From: Nitrosopumilaceae archaeon
GTDB taxonomy: Archaea > Thermoproteota > Nitrososphaeria > Nitrososphaerales > Nitrosopumilaceae
NCBI GenBank assembly: GCA_035935115.1
Contig: DASYXK010000020.1
Span: forward strand, 33,637-65,636
Length of the DNA stretch: 32,000 bases
Direction: 5' to 3'
Shown: positions 1-7,330 of the stretch, piece by piece
How the letters are laid out: every line of letters starts with the position of its first letter
How positions within the stretch are numbered: the first letter of the stretch is position 1
Notes under the pieces: generated by a model
What the model was told of the DNA's origin: nothing
The model's input: only the letters and a program-made list of their open reading frames with translations
The model's database searches: none
Program-made: the position numbers and the translations under genes

Positions 1-99
1 TGGTGCATCAACGAAGGAAAAATTCCAAATAATGAGATAGATAACAAATTGGATTGTGTATGTAAAAATTGTCTTTTGAAAAATATCAAGAAAGGTTAA
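1..99 (+). CDS. C-terminal fragment of an upstream CDS (5' end outside window), function unknown
   Basis: Frame 1 is open from base 1 to TAA at 97-99 (...WCINEGKIPNNEIDNKLDCVCKNCLLKNIKKG*). Same strand as the next gene and 24 nt upstream of it. Too short to assign a family. Confidence 0.3.
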   Translation, partial: WCINEGKIPNNEIDNKLDCVCKNCLLKNIKKG

Positions 100-123
100 C
101 ATAAAAAAGAATCTTCATATTTC

Positions 124-1098
124 ATGGTTAGTAAGAACAAAGTCATAATGAAAAGATACAAAGTTGTAATTATTGGTCTTGGTAGAGTAGGCATGGGGTA
201 TGGATTAGATCCAAAAAGAACACAGCCTGCTAGTCATATAGCTGCAATAATTAAAAATAAAAATTTGCAGTTATCAGCGATTTGTGATTCTGATAAAAAT
301 AGAAGATCAGTATTTGTTAAAAATTATGGCAATATAGCACATATCTACGATAATTATTACAAAATGATTCAAGATTTGAACAAGAAAATAATTGATTATG
401 ACATAATAGTAATAGCGACTCCAGATTCAACTCATAGTAAAATATTAACGTATATCATAAAAAATTTGAAAATTCCAAAAAAACAAATAATAATTTTTTG
501 TGAAAAACCACTTGCTCTCAATTCTAAAATTGCTAAGAAATTAAGATTTCTTCCAAGAAATTCAAATCTCAACGTTGTAGTAAATCACAGTAGAAGATGG
601 AGTAAAGTATGGCAAGAAGCTAAGAGATTAACTGCAAACATTGGCTATATTCAAAAAGCATCTTTTTATTTTTCTACCTCACCAGAAAATAAAGAAATTT
701 CACAAATTAGAGATGGAATCCATATTGCTGATTTGATCGCATGGCTCAAGATAACAGAAAAAACTACAGTGACCAGATTAAAATTACCATACTTCATTTA
801 TGATTTTCATTTATGGGGAACTAGAGGTAAAATTGAAGTTTTGAATTGGGGTGAAGTTCTAAATTTTTTTAGAGTAGAAAAATCGTCACACTTTCAAGGG
901 TTTAAAGAATTAAAACTAGTTTTTTCAAAAAAAGAGAGAGAATCACTAATGGCAAACACGTATGAAGAGTTTGTTAAATTTCTAGATGGTAGAAAAAAAT
1001 CTCTATCTACAAATTTTAATGACGCCATAGATGCGGTAGAAATTTTTGAAAAATGTGTATTTGATAAGAAACTATCTATAAATAATACACAAACTTAG
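124..1098 (+). CDS. Gfo/Idh/MocA-family NAD(P)-dependent sugar oxidoreductase
   Basis: 324-aa ORF. N-terminal Rossmann motif VVIIGLGRVGMGYG and the family-typical EKP motif (IIFCEKPLAL). The true start may be the internal ATG at 148 (MKRYKVVIIG...). 8-nt gap to the next gene. Confidence 0.75.
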   Translation: MVSKNKVIMKRYKVVIIGLGRVGMGYGLDPKRTQPASHIAAIIKNKNLQLSAICDSDKNRRSVFVKNYGNIAHIYDNYYKMIQDLNKKIIDYDIIVIATPDSTHSKILTYIIKNLKIPKKQIIIFCEKPLALNSKIAKKLRFLPRNSNLNVVVNHSRRWSKVWQEAKRLTANIGYIQKASFYFSTSPENKEISQIRDGIHIADLIAWLKITEKTTVTRLKLPYFIYDFHLWGTRGKIEVLNWGEVLNFFRVEKSSHFQGFKELKLVFSKKERESLMANTYEEFVKFLDGRKKSLSTNFNDAIDAVEIFEKCVFDKKLSINNTQT

Positions 1099-1106
1099 AA
1101 TTTTCA

Positions 1107-2273
1107 ATGAACCGTTTTGATAATAAAGAAGTGGATGCTGTTAGAAATGTTATAGAAAATGGCAAATATCTATCAGGTTTTACAACAAAGTACCTAGGAG
1201 GGGAAGAAGTACAGAAATTTGAAGAAGAATTTGCAAAGTACGTAGGGGTAAAACATGCACTTAGTGTAAATTCGGGGACAATGGCACTTTTTATTATTTT
1301 TAAAACAGCTATGGAATATGGTAAAAAAATTAAAAACAAAAAATTACAGAAGCCTGACATACATATACCTGCATATACTTTTACGGCTGATGTTAGTGCG
1401 GCATTACTAGCAGGAGGAAAAATAGTTTTTGAAGATATTGATAAAATGACATATTGCATGCTGCCACCCAAGAATCATTCCGCAATTGTAGTTCCCACTC
1501 ATCTCTTAGGTAATGCAATGTCAAAAGTGAATTTTGGTGAAACAGATTTTTCTGTAGAGGATTGTTGCCATTCACTTGGAACAACAATTGATGGAAAGAG
1601 GGTTGGCGGATTTGGAACAATGAGTATTTTTAGTTTTCAAGAGACAAAGCACATTACTACCTTAGGAGAAGGTGGTATGATATGTTCTAACAATGAAGAA
1701 TTAATCAAGATTGCCGCAGCCATTAGAAATCATGCAGAATATTATCAGGAAAGTAACTTTTTAGGATATAATTTTCGTATGATTGAGGCACAAGCCGCAT
1801 TTGGAAGAGTTCAACTTAAAAAATTAAAAGCCATTCTTAAATCATTTAGAAATAATGCAAAATATATAATTAGTCACCTACCAGACGGAATTTTACCTCC
1901 ATTTATACCATCAAATGTAGAACATTCATTCTTGATGATTGGTTGTTTATATGATGAAAAATCTGTTGGTATAAATAAAAAAATATTCTTAGAAAAACTT
2001 ACTGAAAACAGAAAACACCTTCTGCAAGGTGATGAAAAATCAGACATAAAGGGCATAAATATGAAATCTGGAAAAATAATAGGAAATGGATATTCAAAAC
2101 CTCTTTATGAAATTCCTATGTATAGAAAATATAAACCAAAAAACGGGTGTCCTAACGTAGAAGATACAATCAAAAAAGCGTTGTGGATGGATATACATCG
2201 ATTTAGAGAAAGGGAAGAAATTTCAGAAGAATTAGATATTTTATCTGATACTGTGAGAGAATTTCAGAAATGA
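1107..2273 (+). CDS. DegT/DnrJ/EryC1/StrS-family PLP-dependent sugar aminotransferase
   Basis: 388-aa ORF. Family pattern ...FEEEFAKYVGVKHALSVNSGTMAL... and PLP-lysine context SFQETKHITTLGEGGM. ATGA start/stop overlap (2270-2273) with the next gene. Confidence 0.85.
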   Translation: MNRFDNKEVDAVRNVIENGKYLSGFTTKYLGGEEVQKFEEEFAKYVGVKHALSVNSGTMALFIIFKTAMEYGKKIKNKKLQKPDIHIPAYTFTADVSAALLAGGKIVFEDIDKMTYCMLPPKNHSAIVVPTHLLGNAMSKVNFGETDFSVEDCCHSLGTTIDGKRVGGFGTMSIFSFQETKHITTLGEGGMICSNNEELIKIAAAIRNHAEYYQESNFLGYNFRMIEAQAAFGRVQLKKLKAILKSFRNNAKYIISHLPDGILPPFIPSNVEHSFLMIGCLYDEKSVGINKKIFLEKLTENRKHLLQGDEKSDIKGINMKSGKIIGNGYSKPLYEIPMYRKYKPKNGCPNVEDTIKKALWMDIHRFREREEISEELDILSDTVREFQK

Positions 2274-2974
2274 CGGTAGCTATTATTACAGCTAGATCTG
2301 GTTCAAAATCTTTACCTAATAAAAATATACAAGAATTAGGAGGCATTCCTTTACTTGCTTGGACAATAAAGGCCATAAGCAAATCCAAATTAGTAAGTAA
2401 CATAATTCTATCAACTGATTCTGACGATTATTTTAGAATAGGTTCTAAATTTAACAACAAGTTGATTTACCATAAAAGACCACCACCTTTAGCAGAAGAC
2501 GTACCATCAGAATTTGTGATACTTGATGTGATGAATACATTAAAACAATACTTTGATAATCCATTATTAGTATTAGTACAACCTACAACTCCTTTCATCA
2601 CCTACTCAGATATTGACGAGTGTATTAAAAAAATGATGAATAATCCTAATGTTAATAGTTGTATTACAGTAAAATCTGTATCAGAATATCCTGAATGGCA
2701 ACTTGTGAATAAGGAAGGTCATACTGACATTTGTGTATCAGGAATTCTTTCTGGAGAGATTTCAGTTAGACAAAACCTGAGAAAAAGATGGATACCAAAT
2801 GGAGGAGTATATGTTATAAGAAAAACATTTCTTGAAAAAACTGGAAAAATTGTAGATGAAGAAGGAATACTGATTCATGAGATGCCAAAAATACGAAGTG
2901 TTGACATAAATGATCAAGAGGATTTTACCCTTTGTGAAGCATTAGTTAACTCTGGTTTTATTGTTAATGAGTAA
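2270..2974 (+). CDS. NeuA/PseF/LegF-type CMP-sugar synthetase (acylneuraminate cytidylyltransferase family)
   Basis: 234-aa ORF. N-terminal signature VAIITARSGSKSLPNKN is typical of the CMP-nonulosonate cytidylyltransferase family (CTP_transf_3), not the KdsB variant. Translationally coupled to the aminotransferase. Confidence 0.85.
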   Translation: MTVAIITARSGSKSLPNKNIQELGGIPLLAWTIKAISKSKLVSNIILSTDSDDYFRIGSKFNNKLIYHKRPPPLAEDVPSEFVILDVMNTLKQYFDNPLLVLVQPTTPFITYSDIDECIKKMMNNPNVNSCITVKSVSEYPEWQLVNKEGHTDICVSGILSGEISVRQNLRKRWIPNGGVYVIRKTFLEKTGKIVDEEGILIHEMPKIRSVDINDQEDFTLCEALVNSGFIVNE

Positions 2975-3159
2975 TTGTAAATTAAAACAAAGTTATTTTT
3001 AAACATGTTTTATAATTTGATTTGCTCCAAATAATGATCTAAAATATGATTTATTTTCTGAATCGTCGATAAAAATTTGTATCATTATTTTTATTGATTT
3101 TTAGATATCAAAATACAGTACAACAAGCTTATATTACCTCTTTAGTAAAAAATTTTTAA

Positions 3160-3333
3160 ATGAAGAAAAAACTCTTAAAAGGAAATTATCTCCCAGAATC
3201 CAATCCAGAAATGGAAGAAAAGAATTCATCTTCATCTACCACAACACATGAATTTGAAAAGAAGGCAATTGAAAGGCTTGGTGGAAGCATAGCTTTCGTA
3301 AGGGGAGGAAAGTTATACGACGAAAATAACTGA
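3160..3333 (+). CDS. Small hypothetical ORF (57 aa), absent from the supplied ORF track
   Basis: ATG at 3160 to TGA at 3331-3333: MKKKLLKGNYLPESNPEMEEKNSSSSTTTHEFEKKAIERLGGSIAFVRGGKLYDENN. Hydrophilic and protein-like, unlike the antisense 3186-3389 ORF. TATA-like cttatatta at 3128-3136, about 24-32 nt upstream. No family recognised. Confidence 0.2.
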   Translation: MKKKLLKGNYLPESNPEMEEKNSSSSTTTHEFEKKAIERLGGSIAFVRGGKLYDENN

Positions 3334-3373
3334 TGATGAATTACTAGATTTAGTAAGTGAAAGTACAACAAGG

Positions 3374-4207
3374 GTGAAAGGATCATCATGGTTAGAAAAT
3401 ATAAGATATAATGAAAAGCATTATGGATTTAAGGAAACCTTTAAAATTTCAAACCATGGTAGAAAATCACTTGTCTTAGCAGCCGGACCAAGTTTCAAGC
3501 GATTCAATCAAAAAAGTATGGAAAAAATCATAAGTAGAAGAAATGATCTTACAATTATTGCATGTGATGGAGCTCTTCCCGTTTTATCTCAATTTAATTG
3601 CATCCCAGACTACGTTGTTACAGTAGATCCACTTCAGATAGTTTCCGATTTCTATAAAAAATCTAGGAATATTCTGAAAAATGTCACAGCCATACTATCT
3701 ACTACTACTCATCCTGACGTAGTTGAAGAATGTATTACAGCAAATCTCAATATAAAATGGATTCAGCCTTTTTTTAATGATGGTAATAACACCAATTTTT
3801 TTAGACGTGGAGTAACATCTTTAAAAATGGGAGGCAATGTCGGGACTACATCATATTTGTTCTCAGCCTTGTTATTGAAAAGTAAATTTATTGGATTAAT
3901 GGGAATTGAGTTTGCTTGGAGTGACGAAACACCTTACTACGATACTCAGTACTACAAAAATTTGCTTAATGTACTAGATGATGATCATGAAAAGGCGATC
4001 AAACATTATGTACATGTTAAAAATCCAAGAGATGGAAAAACGTATGTTGCAGATCCAGTTTATTATGCATATAGTCTTATGTTTAAAGAAATATGGAATG
4101 AATTACCACAGAGTGTGAGGAAAAATACATTCAGTTTAACTCCTCAAGGTATTGTAAATATTGACCATTTAAAATATATTAATATTGACGAATACCTTAA
4201 CTTGTAA
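3374..4207 (+). CDS. DUF115 / MptE-like protein (Maf-type motility-accessory-factor family, candidate nonulosonate glycosyltransferase)
   Basis: 277-aa ORF. Core pattern KSLVLAAGPSFKRF...LTIIACDGALPVLSQFNCIPDYVVTVDP matches the DUF115 consensus (GPSL ... iiA.D.a...L...gi.PDyvv.vDp). GTG start is required because the first in-frame ATG is codon 49, downstream of the conserved GPS motif. Confidence 0.65.
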   Translation: MKGSSWLENIRYNEKHYGFKETFKISNHGRKSLVLAAGPSFKRFNQKSMEKIISRRNDLTIIACDGALPVLSQFNCIPDYVVTVDPLQIVSDFYKKSRNILKNVTAILSTTTHPDVVEECITANLNIKWIQPFFNDGNNTNFFRRGVTSLKMGGNVGTTSYLFSALLLKSKFIGLMGIEFAWSDETPYYDTQYYKNLLNVLDDDHEKAIKHYVHVKNPRDGKTYVADPVYYAYSLMFKEIWNELPQSVRKNTFSLTPQGIVNIDHLKYINIDEYLNL

Positions 4208-4210
4208 ACA

Positions 4211-5809
4211 TTGAAAGTTCTGTTCATAAATCCCATTGTTAGATATTTTGATTACCCTAGACATGTGCCATTAGGAATTCTTCAGATTATCTCCATACTT
4301 GAAAGAGATCACAAATGGGTAAAGTTTCAACTCTATGATGCCAATGCACATAGAATTGATGATGTAAATCATGGGAATACAGATGGCCTTGACGAAGTTC
4401 TCAGATCAGATGACTTTGATGTTGTTGCTATTGGTGGATTAATCACTGGTTATAATTACATAAAGCAAGCAGTTCGACGTGTGAAGGAATTCCAACCGCA
4501 TGTAAAAATCGTTGCAGGTGGCGGATTTTATTCCTCAATGCCCTATGAAATGATGAATTTCCTTCCTGAGATCGATTATGGTGTGACTGGTGAAGCATAT
4601 CTTACATTTCCTGAATTGTTAAAAGCTATTAAAAATAATGAAGATGTTACTGATGTAAAAGGAATTTTTTATCGCAGGGATAGTAGTATAAAATTTTCAC
4701 AGCCACGAGAATTGATTCCCGAAATGGATTGGTTACCATTTCCTTCCTACAAGTACGCGCCATTAGAGATTTACTTCAAGTACTCTGAACTACTCTTGAG
4801 TGAAATATCTATGACTTCAAAAAAGAGACTAGATGCATGTTTTAGTCTTTCCTGTCCTTTCCTGTGTAGATTTTGTTGGGATCTAGGTATTACTTCCAAC
4901 TACGAAATTAACATGGTAGATGGAAAACCCCAATATGATGGAGGAAGACCAGGACGAAAAAGTATCGTAAGACAGCATTCACCAGAGTACATAGCCAGAT
5001 ACATTGAATATTTACGCAGAGAATTCTTAGACATACCAAGGGATGACGAAGGAGGTGGAATAGGTGATCCTATAGATTTCTTAGGTTGGTCAGATGAAAA
5101 CATAGTAGCACATGACGCTCAAACTGGTTTCACATGGCTCAAAGAGATAAGAGAAGAGTTATGGAAAAAAGATCTTGTTGCAGAATGTGTAAAGAGAGGA
5201 GTTGCCCATGATCCAAGTTTCTGTAACGGTCCTCATTTTGGCGGTACAAGCCATGCAGGCCTTGTCAATAAGGAGATGTTAAAGACTTTGAGAGACATAG
5301 GATTCACATATTTGGATTATGGACTAGAACATTGGGATAGTAAAATTCTCAAGAGTATAGGAAAAGGAAGCACCCCAGATACTAACAAAAGAGCTGTCAA
5401 TTGGACACTTGAGATGGGAATAAGACCCATACCTAATCAGATAATTATGTTTCCAGATGAAAGCTGGGAAACACTGAATACTATGCTGGACGCAATGAAA
5501 GAAACAGGCATTGTTAGCATGCCATTCATTTGTACGCCATACCCTGGTTCAGAATGGTATACAAAGTATAAAGAATATGTCAAAGAACAATATGATGGTA
5601 ACTTAGAAAAATTTGTTTCTGACCTTGAAGACGCAACAAAACCTACTGCATTATTAACTAAGAGATTTACTCCTGCTGAAGCAGTAGGAATACAGCACAT
5701 AATAGGCCATGCGGCAATTAGTAGAGATTTCAATAACGCCAAAAGACTTTTGTCATTGTCAAAGAAAATGAAAGAAAGTCAATATGTTCAAGATCAAATT
5801 TCAAGTTAA
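4211..5809 (+). CDS. B12 (cobalamin)-binding-domain radical SAM enzyme (class B, probable C- or unusual methyltransferase)
   Basis: 532-aa ORF. N-terminal B12-binding-domain pattern (KVLFINP..., DVVAIGGLITGYNY..., KIVAGGGF) followed by the radical SAM cluster motif CPFLCRFC (CxxxCxxC, nt 4853-4876). TTG start at 4211; the next in-frame ATG falls well inside the B12-binding domain. Confidence 0.85.
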   Translation: MKVLFINPIVRYFDYPRHVPLGILQIISILERDHKWVKFQLYDANAHRIDDVNHGNTDGLDEVLRSDDFDVVAIGGLITGYNYIKQAVRRVKEFQPHVKIVAGGGFYSSMPYEMMNFLPEIDYGVTGEAYLTFPELLKAIKNNEDVTDVKGIFYRRDSSIKFSQPRELIPEMDWLPFPSYKYAPLEIYFKYSELLLSEISMTSKKRLDACFSLSCPFLCRFCWDLGITSNYEINMVDGKPQYDGGRPGRKSIVRQHSPEYIARYIEYLRREFLDIPRDDEGGGIGDPIDFLGWSDENIVAHDAQTGFTWLKEIREELWKKDLVAECVKRGVAHDPSFCNGPHFGGTSHAGLVNKEMLKTLRDIGFTYLDYGLEHWDSKILKSIGKGSTPDTNKRAVNWTLEMGIRPIPNQIIMFPDESWETLNTMLDAMKETGIVSMPFICTPYPGSEWYTKYKEYVKEQYDGNLEKFVSDLEDATKPTALLTKRFTPAEAVGIQHIIGHAAISRDFNNAKRLLSLSKKMKESQYVQDQISS

Positions 5810-5840
5810 TTTATTGCTGGTTAGTGAAAATAGAAAGAAA

Positions 5841-7133
5841 TTAGTTTTTATCCAATAATTTCATAATTTCATCACAAATCCTTTCTGTTGCACGGCCATC
5901 AGATTTGTACAGAAATTCTCTAATGAATAACTCGCGTTGTTGTTCATATTTAGGATTTGTTGATAAGGCATTATGAATCGTGTTGATAAGATCAGCAGAA
6001 TCATTACATTCTAGAGCTAGACCTCTTTGTACAAATGGATCTTTCTCATAATTGAAAAAATTACATAGAATTATTGGCTTTTTTGCCAGTATAGAATATA
6101 CATCAGCTGTAGTGAATTGAAAAGAAAGTACAACATCAGCATTCTCTACAAATTCTTGTATGTTACCATTTTTATAAACAGGTATTGAAGGATCTATTGA
6201 GTTTATCAAAGATTGATATTCTGAAAGAACGGAATATGATGGATGAATTTTAACTACAAGTGACATTTCTTGTTTATTTTCAAAAATTGTTTTTACAATT
6301 TGTGTAATAGTAGTATCTCTTTGTGTTCTTGTCCAGAATCCATGTTCATATTTAGGGGTAGGTGCAAATAATATGCGTATTTTATTACCTTTAACATAAT
6401 CTTTTTTTATTGAAAGTTTGTGAAAAAATTCATCATATATAGGATTTCCCGTTATTACGAATTGTGATCTTTCAAATCCGCCATCAAGATAGTCATTTAG
6501 TAAATTTTCATTATCAAGAAAATGCAAAGTACCTCCGAATCTAGAGTCAAAAAAAATTCTAGTACTGGAAAGAAAAAGTTTCAGTAGAATAAAAAAATTT
6601 TTAAATATTTGTAAAATACTCCATTTCATTGCTCTTTGTGTTCGTACCAAGAAAAGATATTTGTAAACAAAGAATCTACCTCTTCTCATAAATTGTTTTT
6701 TATTTTGACCAGTATCTGTTGGAATTGAACTTTCAAAAAAACGGGTTATATATGATTTTATGAGTGTTAATCTATTAGTTTTAAAATTAAAGCCAGTTGT
6801 AACATGAGAAACTACTGGAATATTTAGAAATTTTCCAGCTAAAGAAAATGCATAATCAATAAAACCCCATCCCGTGGTTGCATAAATTATATCTGGTTTT
6901 TCTTTTTTTAAAACCTCAAAAGCATTGTTATAATCATGAATACTCGATATAAAAGAATCTGAATCTGATGTTAGTAATGAATCAAGTTTATCCGGACTAT
7001 AGATAAACCAGGTAATATGTACAATGATTCCCCTAGTTTTTAGTTCAGATACTATACTATGGAGTACCATAGTAGTTACTGATGTTACATCAGGCATAAC
7101 ATGCACCGGTGCGAAAATTTTTATTGTTTGCAC
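5841..7133 (-). CDS. TagB/TagF-like (Glyphos_transf-like) GT-B protein with HP motif; candidate CDP-/CMP-donor transferase
   Basis: 430-aa ORF. IRILFAPTPK resembles the (I/L)LYAPT(F/W)R motif and VVKIHPS the K-x-HP motif (HP codons at 6240-6245) of CDP-glycerol glycerophosphotransferases. The C-terminal domain is clearly paralogous to the 7331-9202 product (shared K.HP, IDPSIP.Y, DV, TTA, KP blocks). Confidence 0.5.
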   Translation of the reverse strand: MQTIKIFAPVHVMPDVTSVTTMVLHSIVSELKTRGIIVHITWFIYSPDKLDSLLTSDSDSFISSIHDYNNAFEVLKKEKPDIIYATTGWGFIDYAFSLAGKFLNIPVVSHVTTGFNFKTNRLTLIKSYITRFFESSIPTDTGQNKKQFMRRGRFFVYKYLFLVRTQRAMKWSILQIFKNFFILLKLFLSSTRIFFDSRFGGTLHFLDNENLLNDYLDGGFERSQFVITGNPIYDEFFHKLSIKKDYVKGNKIRILFAPTPKYEHGFWTRTQRDTTITQIVKTIFENKQEMSLVVKIHPSYSVLSEYQSLINSIDPSIPVYKNGNIQEFVENADVVLSFQFTTADVYSILAKKPIILCNFFNYEKDPFVQRGLALECNDSADLINTIHNALSTNPKYEQQRELFIREFLYKSDGRATERICDEIMKLLDKN

Positions 7134-7330
7134 AAACGATCTGTCACAATGTATGATAAATATCTACAGATGAATTGATTACAACCAATAGCTTTGTGTT
7201 AGAATTTATCATATAATAGTTGTAATAGTATGTTTTTAATTATTTTAATAATTTTTTAATTTCCTAAAATTCGATAACACTATGAATAACATTATCGTTC
7301 AAACAACTTTAAATTAATTATTAACACCTA
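7134..7330. promoter_or_regulatory. Divergent promoter region for the two TagF-like paralogs
   Basis: 197-nt very AT-rich spacer between divergent starts, so it must hold two promoters. TATA-like gataaatatc at 7155-7164 (22-31 nt from the minus-strand ATG) and tttaaatta at 7308-7316 (21-29 nt before ATG 7337). The short distances suggest short or absent leaders. Confidence 0.4.

Noticed and set aside
1076-2403. Minus-strand ORFs 1076-1471, 1393-1620, 1874-2056 and 2203-2403 from the ORF track
   Set aside because: They lie entirely antisense to the well-supported oxidoreductase, aminotransferase and cytidylyltransferase genes. Their products are low-complexity and Phe/Leu/Ser-rich with no motifs. 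These are typical shadow ORFs of an AT-rich genome.
3186-3389. 67-aa minus-strand ORF in the 2975-3373 gap
   Set aside because: Its sequence is hydrophobic and low-complexity, and it lies antisense to the more protein-like plus-strand 3160-3333 ORF. It also overlaps the DUF115 start. No start context or motif supports it.
4205-4207. Possible stop-codon readthrough fusing the DUF115 and radical SAM ORFs, which are in the same frame
   Set aside because: The stop is TAA, not the TGA or TAG used for selenocysteine or pyrrolysine recoding. No recoding structure is visible, two adjacent ORFs share a frame one time in three by chance, and a TTG start immediately follows. I kept only the tight-coupling observation as a finding.
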